This document shows positions 9,448 through 19,678 of a DNA stretch of 64,000 nt, piece after piece. Position 1 is the stretch's first letter; each line of letters starts with the position of its first letter. The stretch lies in the IMG/VR virus record IMGVR_UViG_3300045988_157201; one strand, written 5' to 3'. Both the position numbers and the translations under genes were made by a program. This DNA comes from a virus. The notes under the pieces were generated by a model. That model was not told the DNA's origin, did no database searches, and was given only the letters and a program-made list of their open reading frames with translations.

Positions 9448-12400
9448 AAGAACAAATTGTACATTTACATAACCACTCGTATTATTCGTTGCTTGATGGA
9501 TATAGTTCGCCTATTGAATATTTACAGAGAGCAAAAGAATTAGGGTGTTCAGCTTTTGCTATTACTGAACATGGCAATGAATATAGTTGGGTATATTTTG
9601 ATAAGTTAAAAGAAAAATATCCAGATATAAAAATGATATTTGGTGTTGAGTTCTATGAAGCATTTGATATGAGTGTAAGCGACACTGAAAATAAATATTT
9701 TCATTTACTTGCTTTGGCTAAAAACGAAAAAGGCAGAATAGCTATTAATGAGTTGATTACAAAAGGTGAGTTTGAGGGATTTTATTATCACGGTAGAGTT
9801 GATTTAAATGCTATGAAATCTTATGGTAAAGACCTCATTATCAGTTCTGCTTGTCTTGCTTCTAAGTTGGCAAGAGAAGCAGATTTTAATAAGTGCATAG
9901 AATATGTTAATGAATATAAATCTGTATTTCCACATTTTTATCTTGAAATGCAATCACACGATACAATAGAACAGCGTGAGTATAATAAAAAGATAATTGA
10001 ACTTGCTAAGGCTACAAATACTGAATTTATTGTTACTTGTGATTCTCACGCTTCAACTAAGGAGGATTTGTATTATCAAGAGTATCTTGTAAAGATTGCT
10101 CACGACAAAGATACTCTTGGTGAAACATATAAAGATTGCTATATGCAATCTCCTGAAGAAATCCATAATATTATGGATAAACAGATTGGCAGAGAAAATG
10201 TAAGTCTTGCAATGGCTAATACCGTTAAGATAGCTAATATGATTGACGAAGTGCATATGCCGTTTCAAAAGCCACAGTTGCCGACATTCCCTATTCCAAA
10301 GGGATATAAAGATAATTATGAATACTTAGTTAAATTATGTGAAGATGGTTTTAAACAGCGTGGGCTTGATAAGTTATCTGCTGACGAACAAAAAATTTAT
10401 AGAGACCGGTTAGAATATGAGTTATCTGTAATTCATCAAATGGGATTCGACGGATATTTTCTCATTGTATGGGATTTGATTAACTTTGCTAAAAGTAATG
10501 ATATAGCAGTCGGTGACGGTAGAGGATGCTTCGTTAAAGGTTCAAAAGTATTGTTGGACAATGGCTATGTAAAAAACATTGAAGATGTCAAAATAGATGA
10601 TAAAGTAATAACTCATTTGGGTAATGTTAAGCCTGTTCAAAATGTCTTTGAGTATGATTGTGATGAATTAATGTATGAATTGAAATCGTCAGATACAAAC
10701 CCGATTCGTTGTACAAACAATCACGAAATTTTAGCAGTAAAATCTGTAGAATGTATAAAATACAAGAAAGCAAAACGAAAAGATAAGACAAGGAGATATT
10801 GCTCTAAAGATTGTACAAAATATCTGACTTGTAAGTTTAAACAAGAGAATTGGGCACCAAGTTGGATTCAAGCCAAAGATTTAGCAGTAGGTGACTTTAT
10901 TTGTTACCCAAAAAAGCGAGTCAATAATTCTAACTCAAATAGTATGCAGACTATTGATATAGTTAATTTTGTAAAAAATGTTGATTATAATAACGATTAT
11001 GTTTGGTGTAAACATAATGGAAGCAGGTCTATGATTAAACGATTTATTCCTTTAAACGAATCGTTCTTTTTTTTGGCAGGACTGTATATTTCACAAGGTT
11101 GGGTGCATTTCAAAAATGGAAATGTAATAGGCATTGGAATATCTCATCATTCTTGTAAAAAAGATTTGATAAATAAAACTGCGAATCTTTTACAAGAGTT
11201 TTTTGGCAGAAAGGCTTGTTTAAGGTTTGATGAAAAGAAAAAAGCAGTGCAAATTAATATTAATTCAGTTATTGTAGGCGAATTAATGTTGTCTTTGTTT
11301 GGGAAAGGGGCTTCTAACAAACATATTCCAAATTTTCTTTTTGATTTGCAAAAAATGTATAGAAGAGCTTTGATTTACGGATTGTGGTCTGGTGATGGGT
11401 GTTTTAAAATTGGAAACAGCAAAAAAACAAAATATTCAACTATTAATTATAATCTTGCGAAGCAACTGCAACTATTATTAGCCCTTGAGAATATAAAATC
11501 CAATATAAACATTAGACACCATAAGTCGAATGCTAATTGGAGTGACGAGGTTAGTGTTCAAGTGCTTGATAGAGAAAGTCTTTCAATATTAGACAATATT
11601 TGCAAGGGAAGTTTTAATTTAGGTTATAAAAAATACTCAAAAAAAGGGTATTGTTTGAGCTATCAGGATGGACAGTATGTATATCATAGAATAAGGGAAA
11701 TTAACACTTTTTGCTACAAAGGAAAAGTATATGATTTGAGCGTGAAAGATGATACATCTTATGTTGTGGAAAGTGTTGCAGTTCATAATTCTGGTGCTGG
11801 CTCAATAGTTAATTGGCTATTACATATTTCTACATTAAATCCTATAAAGCATAATCTTATTTTTGAAAGATTTTTAAACCCAGAAAGAGTGTCAATGCCC
11901 GACATTGACACAGACTTTAATAAGAGAGATGAAGTAATTAGGTACTTAATGGACAAATATGGTAAGGATAATGTTTGTCAGATTATCAATTTTAATTTTA
12001 TTACGCCTTGCGTAGCAATCAAAGATGTTGGTAAAGTATTAGGTGTTCCATATAAAGTAACAGATAAGATAAGTAAAAAGTTTGTTTATGAGAACTTTCA
12101 AGAAAACTTGGATAACGATAAGACAATTATTGAAGAATATGCTCAATATACGGATTTATTTGACATAGCAAGTCATTTGAGTGGTAGAGTGAAAACAGTA
12201 TCAATGCACGCAGGCGGTGTGGGTATTGTAGACACTAAGATTACTGATTATATGGCTATGCGTTGCGGTAAAGATAATGCAAGAGTTATTAGTGTTGATA
12301 AAAGGGTAATTGAAGAAATTGGTATTATTAAATTTGACTTGCTTGGTGTTGCAACACTTTCAGTTGTTGACGATAGTGTAAAACAATCTCATCTGAATTT

Positions 12401-12779
12401 AGATTATTTCAACGCAAGTAATGAAGATTTTATTAATGACAAAGCCACATATGAATTATTAGCAAGTGGTAGGACTGATGGTGTATTTCAGGTTGAAAGT
12501 CAAGGTATGAAAGATATATTAGTCAAATTAAAACCGACTAATATTGATGATATTTCTGCCGTATTAGCATTATATCGACCTGATAGTATGGGTGCGTTGA
12601 ACGATTATATTCAATGTAAATGTGGAGAAAAACAAGCAGAGTATATTCACGAAGATATGAAACCAATTCTCGAAAGCACATATGGCTGTATGATTTATCA
12701 AGAACAAATGCTTGATATTGTTCGTAAATTTGGTGGAAGAAGTTACGGTCAGGCAGACCTTTTCAGAAAAGCAGTAGGT
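9441..12779 (+). CDS. dnaE: DNA polymerase III alpha (DnaE-type), exon 1, including an in-frame intein
   Basis: PHP motif VHLHNHSYYSLLDG. GDGRG | intein | SGAGSIVNWLL. The sequence ...ADLFRKAVG ends the exon at U12779, after which the ORF runs into intron sequence and stops at 12800. Confidence 0.85.
10527..11789 (+). mobile_element. intein (421 aa) with LAGLIDADG homing-endonuclease domain inside DnaE
   Basis: Cys1 (CFVKGSKVLLDNG), block B TNNH, dodecapeptides FLAGLYISQGW and LIYGLWSGDGC, C-terminal VAVHN followed by Ser+1. Confidence 0.85.
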
Positions 12780-14078
12780 GAATTTTGCCGTTTAAGATAG
12801 AAATATCTTAAATAATTATCGGGCAAAATCGGTAGAGACTGAGATTTTTGGATATAAAATATATTTACAAAGGAAGAAGGAGGTGTGTTTAATAAGAAAA
12901 AACTGTCTTGATGAATGTGAGAAAAGTGAAATTATAAAAATGTATAACAAAGGCTATTCTACAGTAATGATAGCAAACAAGTTAAATAGATGTGATTCTA
13001 CAATAGGTAGATTTTTAAAGAGAAACAGCTTAAATAGGACTTATCGTAAAAATAAAATACTTAAAGAAGATGAAAAAGACATAGTCAATCTGTATAGAGC
13101 AGGGTTGCCTGCAAAAGATATTTTACCAAGGTATGCAGACAGGATAAAATGTGAAAATACAATAATTAATATATTAAAAAGAAATAATTGTGATATAAGA
13201 CCAAGAGGTGTTCCAACTTATTTTAATAAAAGGTATTTTAAAGTTATTGATACTGAGGCAAAAGCTTATTTTTTAGGTTTGTTATTAACCGACGGAAATG
13301 TTTATAAAGCAAAAAGAAGAACTCCACAATACAGGATACAAATAAGTCTTAAATATGATGATATTGAAATAATAGAAAAATTCAAAGAAGAGTTAAATGC
13401 AACAACTAAAATTTCTCATTATATAAAGAATGGAAGGAATGAATGCATTTTTGGTGTCCATTCAAAAGAAATGGCTGCTGACCTTGCTCTTTATGGAATT
13501 TGCGAAAGAAAAACTTTTAATACAGAACTTTCTTCTTTAGTCCCAAAAGAGTTGTACCCACATTATATCAGAGGAGTTTTTGATGGTGATGGAACAGTCT
13601 TTCTAAGTGGTAAATATAAGTCTCTAACATTTGGGTTCTATGGTACTCATAAATTAGTTTCTCAAGTAAAGCAGTATTTAACGAAACAAATACATATTAG
13701 CGATAATTCAATATTTGATAAAGAAACAGTAAGTTTCATTACTTTCAGTAAGATTAAAGATGTGAAAAATTTTTACAATTTGTTATATTCGGATTCGCAT
13801 TTTTATCTAAGAAGAAAGAAGAATGTTTTTGAAAAGTATTTAAAAGATAAAGGAATAATATAATCAATATTTTTATATCCAAATGTTAATACCGAGCTAA
13901 CTTTGCAGATAGCGAAAGGCTGCAAAGTAGTGTAGAGCATAGGCAATGAATAAATATAATTTGCCCACGAGTGTCCGACATCTAAACAAGTTTAGTTGTA
14001 GATGAAAATATATGCCGACCTTATATGAAATCAAATATAAGAATCATAGGATAAAAAGCCTATGAGATAACACAAGTG
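12780..14078 (+). mobile_element. group I intron in dnaE (boundaries inferred, +/- a few nt)
   Basis: Starts after a U and ends in G. Interrupts the colinear DnaE text RKAVG|KKSVELVKQES. GAAA-capped 8-bp hairpin 12792-12811 nested in helix 12782-12789/12822-12829. The ORF is looped out by helix 12847-12862/13867-13883. Confidence 0.75.
12883..13863 (+). CDS. intron-encoded double-motif LAGLIDADG homing endonuclease with N-terminal HTH repeats
   Basis: YFLGLLLTDGNV and YIRGVFDGDGTV. GTG 12883 lies inside the AGGAGG SD; an in-frame ATA at 12892 is at better spacing. Confidence 0.85.
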   Translation: MCLIRKNCLDECEKSEIIKMYNKGYSTVMIANKLNRCDSTIGRFLKRNSLNRTYRKNKILKEDEKDIVNLYRAGLPAKDILPRYADRIKCENTIINILKRNNCDIRPRGVPTYFNKRYFKVIDTEAKAYFLGLLLTDGNVYKAKRRTPQYRIQISLKYDDIEIIEKFKEELNATTKISHYIKNGRNECIFGVHSKEMAADLALYGICERKTFNTELSSLVPKELYPHYIRGVFDGDGTVFLSGKYKSLTFGFYGTHKLVSQVKQYLTKQIHISDNSIFDKETVSFITFSKIKDVKNFYNLLYSDSHFYLRRKKNVFEKYLKDKGII

Positions 14079-15233
14079 AAAAAGAGTGTAGAGTTAGTTA
14101 AGCAAGAATCTGCAAAATTGTATCAAGAAATTATAGATAACGGATATAGTGAGGAAATTGCTAAAAAAATTAGTGATGACCTTTCAACAAAAGGTGGCTA
14201 CCTGTTTAATAAATCACATTCGGTATCATATTCTATGTTGACATTTAAAACAGCATATCTCAAAGCTCATTATCCACTTGAGTTTTTCACTGCTTTGCTA
14301 AATAAAAATAAAGGTGATTATGGTGCTATTAATAAATATATTCTTGATGCGAAAAGTTTTGGCGTAAATATTTTACCACCACATATTAATAAATCCGAAG
14401 TGAATTTTTCTGTCAATGATAATGCGATAATTTTTGGTTTATCAGCCATTAATGGTATAGGTGATAAATTTGCTAATGAGATTGTAGAAGAACGCAGTTC
14501 CGGCGGTAAGTTTACAAGTTTAAATAATTTTAGTGCAAGAGTATCGACTAATAAAAGTCAAATAATCGCATTAATTAAATCAGGTGCTTTCCCTTGTAAT
14601 GATAGAGAAAAAATGTTGAAAAGATATTTTAAATCTTTAATTCCTCATAAAGAATACACGCCTGTTGCAACTTTGCCTAAATTATCAGTCTTGAATGAGA
14701 TGGGGATAGATACAAATTTAATTAAAACCAAAGAGGAACGATTGTCAAAATATAATATCCGTAAAAAAGTAATGTTTGAAATAGAACAAGAAAAGAAAGA
14801 ACAAAAAGCCTTTGATACTTATATGGAGAAATATAATAAGGATAAAGACTTTTGGGAATTTGAAATGTTATCAGTCTTTCTTACGGACAATCCGTTCAAA
14901 GAGGGCGTTCAATTTTGTAATACGGATTATGCTCAAATTGAGAATGATTGTCTTTGTACCTTAATTGGTGTTATATCTAAAGTGCAAAAGAAAAAAGACA
15001 GGTATAAAAATCAGTATGCTTATGTAAATTTGTATTCCACTAACGGCATTATTGAACTAACAATATGGAGTTCGGTATTTAAAAAATATACAGACTTCAT
15101 TAAGAGGGGTGAAAAGATTGCTGTGCTTTGTTGTAAACGGTCAAATGATTGTTGTGAAGTTCAAGCGGTTAAATCATATGATAGGTGGTTGTACTTAAAG
15201 AAGAACGGAGGTAATATCATTAATGCCAATTAA
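14079..15233 (+). CDS. dnaE: DNA polymerase III alpha (DnaE-type), exon 2
   Basis: KKSVELVKQES...GGYLFNKSHSVSYSMLTFKTAYLKAHYPLEFFTALL matches the remembered DnaE segment after RRAMGKKK. C-terminal OB-like region. Confidence 0.85.
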   Translation, partial: KKSVELVKQESAKLYQEIIDNGYSEEIAKKISDDLSTKGGYLFNKSHSVSYSMLTFKTAYLKAHYPLEFFTALLNKNKGDYGAINKYILDAKSFGVNILPPHINKSEVNFSVNDNAIIFGLSAINGIGDKFANEIVEERSSGGKFTSLNNFSARVSTNKSQIIALIKSGAFPCNDREKMLKRYFKSLIPHKEYTPVATLPKLSVLNEMGIDTNLIKTKEERLSKYNIRKKVMFEIEQEKKEQKAFDTYMEKYNKDKDFWEFEMLSVFLTDNPFKEGVQFCNTDYAQIENDCLCTLIGVISKVQKKKDRYKNQYAYVNLYSTNGIIELTIWSSVFKKYTDFIKRGEKIAVLCCKRSNDCCEVQAVKSYDRWLYLKKNGGNIINAN

Positions 15234-17499
15234 AAGTAAGCAAAAAAACAAGCCTATAACAGTAATTTTCCAAGCTAAAATACAACAGCAGCGTTATTAC
15301 AATGATGATAGTTGCTTTGGTGTTTATGTGTTCACAACTCAAAATGAAATACCTGAATATGATAGTTTAAAACCTCTTGTTTTGGCTGACGGTAGTGACT
15401 GTAATATATATATGTCTATTTTAAGCGGTTCTATGCAACAACTTATTATTGGTAACACTTATGAAGTTGAAGCTGAATTAATTTATAATAATAAATATAA
15501 ATCTTGGCAATATCAGCCGATTACAGTAAAAGAAAATATGGAATTTACCGAAGATAATCAGCGTAATTATTTACTTTCTATTTTAACTGAAAATCAAGTG
15601 AATAATTTACTTAGTGTTTATCCTGATATTGTTGAAAGAGTAATTTCTAATAATGAAATTGATATTTCAAAGGTTAAAGGTATCGGAGAGACAAAATGGG
15701 AAAATTGCAAAGCTAAAATTATTGAAAATTATAATATTTCTGATATTTTAACTATGTTATCACCTTTGGGTGTTACTTATAATATGGTGAAAAAATTAGT
15801 TATGAGTGAAGAACAACCAGAATTGTTAAAACAAAAACTTCTTAAAAATCCATATATGATGACTAAAATTAAAGGTCTTGGCTTTAAACGAGTAGATGAT
15901 TTAGCTCTAAAACTAAAGCCAGAATTGAAACAGTCGATTGAAAGAATTATAGCTTTTACAAAATATTATTTTATATCACTTGGAGAAAATGAAGGGCATA
16001 CATATGTAAGGCTTGATACTTTTAAGAATGAGATGTCGAACAACATTCCTGAATGTATGAGTTTGTATGATGATTTTATTAATTCTCAAAAACGGACTAA
16101 TTTATTTCTACATTTTAGTGGAAATAAAGTTGGCTTAAAGGAATATTATGACAATGAAACAGCAGTGTTAGGATTAATTGAATATCTTAGTGGGTTTAAA
16201 CCAAAGAAGATTGAAAATTATGACGAAATAATTAAAAGAGTTGAAAAGGAACAAGGTTTTAATTTTAATGATGAACAAATTGAAGTTATCAATCGGGCTA
16301 TTAATCAACCTGTTGTCCTTATCACAGGTAAAGCCGGCAGTGGTAAAACAAGTATTACAAAGGCATTGCTTAGTATATTTAGTGAAAATTCATTAAAGGT
16401 ATCTTGCTGTGCATTGTCGGCAAAAGCAGCTCAAAGAATTACTGAAGCTACAGGGTTTCCGGCATCTACTATTCATAGATTACTACAATGCCAAGGTGAT
16501 GAGTTTTCATACAATAAACTAAATCCTTTGCCTTGTGATGTGTTGTTAGTTGACGAGTTTTCAATGATAAATACGAAAATAGCATTATCTTTAATGTCAG
16601 CAGTAAAAGAGGGAACAAGAGTTATTATATGCGGTGACAATAGACAGTTGCCACCTATCGGATATGGTAACATATTTAATGATTTACTTAATTTAAAAAA
16701 TCCTATATATTCTGTTTATAAACTTACAAAGGTGCATAGACAAGCAGAAGATTCAGGTATTTTAGTTGACGCCAATAAAATAAGAGACGGCATCGACCCA
16801 ATTCCTATTAAAGAAATAAGAGTAGAATCGGGTAAAAATAAAGATATGGTTTATCGTTTTGGTGAAAGCCGAGAGGGTTTAAGACGAATGGCTATTAAGT
16901 CATATTTAAATGCTGTTAAAACTAATGGGTTAGACAATGTTGTTATTATAACACCAAGAAAAGATAAGTGTATAAATTCTGTAACAGAAATTAATAATAT
17001 TATTCAAGAAAATTTAATCCCTAATTCTTCTAAAGAAATAAAATATATCAATCAGGTTTATAAAGTTGGTGCAAAAATAATTCAAAGAGTAAACAATTAT
17101 GAAAAAGAAGTGTTCAACGGAGAGATTGGAACATTGGTTGATATTATTTTTGCCGATAGTGGCAACATAAACGATAGTGTTATCAAGTGTGAATATAAAA
17201 ATATTACTAATGAGAAAGAAAAAAGAACAGTTGAATATGAGTATAAAGAATTGGAACAAATACAGTTGGCTTATGCTCTTACAGTCCATTTATCGCAAGG
17301 TAGTGGTTACAATTGTGTTATTGCCATTATAGACAATACTGATTATATATTATTGGATAACTGTTTGTTATATACGGCATTAACACGAGCAAAGAAAAAA
17401 TGTTTATTATTAGCCGAACCGTCTGCTTATAAAAGAGCAATTAAAACCAACCACACTATTAGTCGACAGACTTGGTTAAGCCTTATGAACGAGGACTAA
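15223..17499 (+). CDS. RecD2-like SF1 DNA helicase
   Basis: Walker A GKAGSGKTS, Walker B LLVDEFSMI, then LTVHLSQGSGYNCVI and LYTALTRAKKK. HhH-like region KIKGLGFKRVDDL. Confidence 0.85.
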   Translation: MPIKSKQKNKPITVIFQAKIQQQRYYNDDSCFGVYVFTTQNEIPEYDSLKPLVLADGSDCNIYMSILSGSMQQLIIGNTYEVEAELIYNNKYKSWQYQPITVKENMEFTEDNQRNYLLSILTENQVNNLLSVYPDIVERVISNNEIDISKVKGIGETKWENCKAKIIENYNISDILTMLSPLGVTYNMVKKLVMSEEQPELLKQKLLKNPYMMTKIKGLGFKRVDDLALKLKPELKQSIERIIAFTKYYFISLGENEGHTYVRLDTFKNEMSNNIPECMSLYDDFINSQKRTNLFLHFSGNKVGLKEYYDNETAVLGLIEYLSGFKPKKIENYDEIIKRVEKEQGFNFNDEQIEVINRAINQPVVLITGKAGSGKTSITKALLSIFSENSLKVSCCALSAKAAQRITEATGFPASTIHRLLQCQGDEFSYNKLNPLPCDVLLVDEFSMINTKIALSLMSAVKEGTRVIICGDNRQLPPIGYGNIFNDLLNLKNPIYSVYKLTKVHRQAEDSGILVDANKIRDGIDPIPIKEIRVESGKNKDMVYRFGESREGLRRMAIKSYLNAVKTNGLDNVVIITPRKDKCINSVTEINNIIQENLIPNSSKEIKYINQVYKVGAKIIQRVNNYEKEVFNGEIGTLVDIIFADSGNINDSVIKCEYKNITNEKEKRTVEYEYKELEQIQLAYALTVHLSQGSGYNCVIAIIDNTDYILLDNCLLYTALTRAKKKCLLLAEPSAYKRAIKTNHTISRQTWLSLMNED

Positions 17500-17530
17500 A
17501 AAATAAAATATAAAAATATCAAAATCTTTA

Positions 17531-17559
17531 TTGACTTATTAAAATTAATATGTTATCAT
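17531..17559 (+). promoter_or_regulatory. sigma-A-type promoter (TTGACT-17 nt-TATCAT with TGn extension)
   Basis: TTGACT 17531-17536, TG 17551-17552, TATCAT 17554-17559. Sits in the 290-nt gap after the helicase gene. Confidence 0.5.
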
Positions 17560-17790
17560 ATATAATATACTTATATTATATAATTAAATTCACTTTTTAC
17601 AATCTTAAAATTACAGCAATCAATAGATACGCAGAAAAATTCAGTGTGTTTATAGTTGGCTGATATTTTTTACAACATTGTATTGTAAAAAGCGAAAATA
17701 TTATGTAAGTAGCAATCAATATCAGAAAGGTGGTGTTGCTTATGATTTGAGATAGTTATAAATAATAAAAATATAGAAAGGAATGATTAA

Positions 17791-18075
17791 GTGGTACAGA
17801 AGATTGAACTAATAACTACAAAAGATGTTTCAGAATTTACTGATGTAGTAAATGGAATTGATGAAGAAGTAACTTTAATAGGCAAAGATGAAAATGGCAA
17901 AGATTGGACTATTAGCGGCAAGAGCTTTTTAGCTAATTTGCTTTTGGTTAATTCGGTAAATCGAGCAAAAAACAATCCTACACACAAGGTAGATTGGAAT
18001 ACTATTACTTGTATTTGCGAAAAAGATATTTATTCAAACATTAAAAAGTGGGCAGTTGGCTCGGTTATGGAGTGA
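17791..18075 (+). CDS. hypothetical protein, possible HPr-like fold
   Basis: GTG start after GAAAGGAA. The segment EVTLIGKDENGKDWTISGKSFLANLLL weakly resembles the HPr core (..naKSimg.msL); no His15 HARP motif. Confidence 0.45.
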   Translation: MVQKIELITTKDVSEFTDVVNGIDEEVTLIGKDENGKDWTISGKSFLANLLLVNSVNRAKNNPTHKVDWNTITCICEKDIYSNIKKWAVGSVME

Positions 18076-18079
18076 GTAA

Positions 18080-18331
18080 ATGAGACATCGTACAATTATG
18101 CTAAATATAAATTTACCAAACAGTGATTATCAGGAATTTTTATACAAAGCCGAAAAATTAAAATCAGGCATAGTAGAAATCGCACAAGATAATAATGTAC
18201 TTTCTGGTAAAAGTTTACTTGGTCTATCTCTCATAGATAATAATAAGCCACAAAAACTGATTATTAGAGGCTTCTTTGATGATAGTTTTGTTGATAGCTT
18301 TAAAAAATGGGAAACAAAGAAACATAAGTAG
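18080..18331 (+). CDS. hypothetical protein, possible HPr-like fold (paralogue-like of upstream gene)
   Basis: NNVLSGKSLLGLSLIDNNKPQKLIIRGFFDD resembles HPr ..KSimgvmsLg...g..i.i...G.d. Lacks the phospho-His motif. Confidence 0.45.
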   Translation: MRHRTIMLNINLPNSDYQEFLYKAEKLKSGIVEIAQDNNVLSGKSLLGLSLIDNNKPQKLIIRGFFDDSFVDSFKKWETKKHK

Positions 18332-18368
18332 GACAAATTGAATATGTTTAATAAGGAAGGGTGGTTTT

Positions 18369-19049
18369 ATCGGGTATAAATTAACAGTTGCAGTATTATC
18401 TTTATTGATTGTTTTAAGTGGGTGTGGAAGATATATTAATTCAGTTAAAACTCCACCGAAAGCTAATAAGATAAATTTTGTTAGTACATATGATACTGTT
18501 CAAAGAAAATCAGTCGAAGAAACAACTATAGAAAAAACTACAATTTCTACAGCCGAAACTACTATAAGCAAAGTTGAAACTAAACCTACTGAAACTATTG
18601 TAGTTGCAGAGAGGAAAGAAGAAATTGAAAGTTGTTCTGAAATTGAAAAATATATTGAAGCAGAAACAGAGTCGACAGAGGAAAGTGCAGAGGAAAGTAA
18701 AAATATTGTTACGGATAATAATTCTGATACAAATATTGATTTGCTTGCAAGGATAATTTATTTTGAGGCAGGTAGCTGTTCTGAATATTGTCAGTGGCTT
18801 GTTGGCAGTACTGCAATGAATTTAGCAAATGAATATGGTAGTTTGGAAACCGTTGCTTTTAATTATGATATATTCAATGTAGCTAATATTCTATATACAG
18901 ATACTCCAAGTAGTTTATCTTATTCAGTTGCTATAAGAATAATTAATGGAGATAGAGATGTAAATGTAAGAGCCTTTAGAACAGACTATTATCATTCATT
19001 TGGTAGTCCTTATACAAATGTTGACAATGTTTATTTTAGTTCATTTTAA
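18369..19049 (+). CDS. secreted lipoprotein with SleB-type cell-wall hydrolase domain
   Basis: LLARIIYFEAGSCSEYCQWLVGSTAMN matches the remembered Hydrolase_2/SleB pattern. The lipobox signal KLTVAVLSLLIVLSGC exists only if translation starts upstream of TTG 18405. Candidate ATC start at 18369 follows GGAAGGGTGG. Confidence 0.65.
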   Translation: MGYKLTVAVLSLLIVLSGCGRYINSVKTPPKANKINFVSTYDTVQRKSVEETTIEKTTISTAETTISKVETKPTETIVVAERKEEIESCSEIEKYIEAETESTEESAEESKNIVTDNNSDTNIDLLARIIYFEAGSCSEYCQWLVGSTAMNLANEYGSLETVAFNYDIFNVANILYTDTPSSLSYSVAIRIINGDRDVNVRAFRTDYYHSFGSPYTNVDNVYFSSF

Positions 19050-19071
19050 ATAAGAAGCAATGTGATTAATT

Positions 19072-19180
19072 GGTCTTAGAAGAAACAGTTGAAGAAAATG
19101 TTTGATAATTGGGATAAAAAATGAGTTAGCATTTACACCGAGTAATTGAAGCAAGAGTAGTTATAGAAAATATTGATTTA
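19072..19180 (+). pseudogene. internally deleted, diverged remnant copy of the 19679-19933 gene
   Basis: Three colinear blocks match the full gene: TTAGAAGAAACAGTTGAAG (19076-19094 vs 19685-19703), GATAATTGGGATAA vs GATGATTGGGATAA, and TTGAAGCAAGAG..ATAGAAAATATTGAT. Confidence 0.7.
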
Positions 19181-19212
19181 GAAAAATCATTTACAGAAAG
19201 TGAGGAATAGAA

Positions 19213-19401
19213 ATGGCTAAATATTGCAAGAAACCTGTTATTATTGAGGCATATCAGACCGACAAAGAAATGATTATTCATACCCTTGAAGGTGATATGA
19301 AGGCAAGTGTCGGTGATTACATTATCACAGGTGTAAACGGTGAGAAGTACCCGTGTAAACCCGATATTTTTAACAAAACTTACGAGAAAGTAGAGGAATA
19401 A
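19213..19401 (+). CDS. small conserved phage protein (paralogue of C-terminal half of 32121-32474)
   Basis: [36 protein letters not shown] versus [36 protein letters not shown]. Confidence 0.65.
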   Translation: MAKYCKKPVIIEAYQTDKEMIIHTLEGDMKASVGDYIITGVNGEKYPCKPDIFNKTYEKVEE

Positions 19402-19403
19402 TT

Positions 19404-19673
19404 ATGGCAAATGTAAATTTTATTGAACTTGCGACATCAGAGGTACACAAGTATGTGTTAAATCATTTAGATAAGTCAGATGATACACCTATTTTTGATA
19501 TTTTTGTGGTGTGGTCGTGTAAGACTTTACAAAACTACAAATGCCTTATCAGCACAACATTACCCGACGGGATGTATTACGAATGCACATATAATGGTGA
19601 CAAAGGCGAAATGTATCTTGACGCATATAAAAAATTTGAAAACAAAAAAATTATTTGCGAAAGTAGGGAATAA
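19404..19673 (+). CDS. hypothetical protein
   Basis: ATG after AGAGGAA. 89 aa, tightly packed with neighbours. Confidence 0.55.
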   Translation: MANVNFIELATSEVHKYVLNHLDKSDDTPIFDIFVVWSCKTLQNYKCLISTTLPDGMYYECTYNGDKGEMYLDAYKKFENKKIICESRE

Positions 19674-19678
19674 TTATT

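Noticed and set aside
12780-12830. Clean P1/internal guide sequence for the dnaE intron like those seen in the two nrdD introns
   Set aside because: Only a 3-bp GGU/GCC pairing is available near the 5' splice site. The GCC is also part of a stronger 8-bp helix (12782-12789/12822-12829). The intron call is kept on exon colinearity, the U/G termini and internal structure, but exact boundaries are flagged as uncertain.
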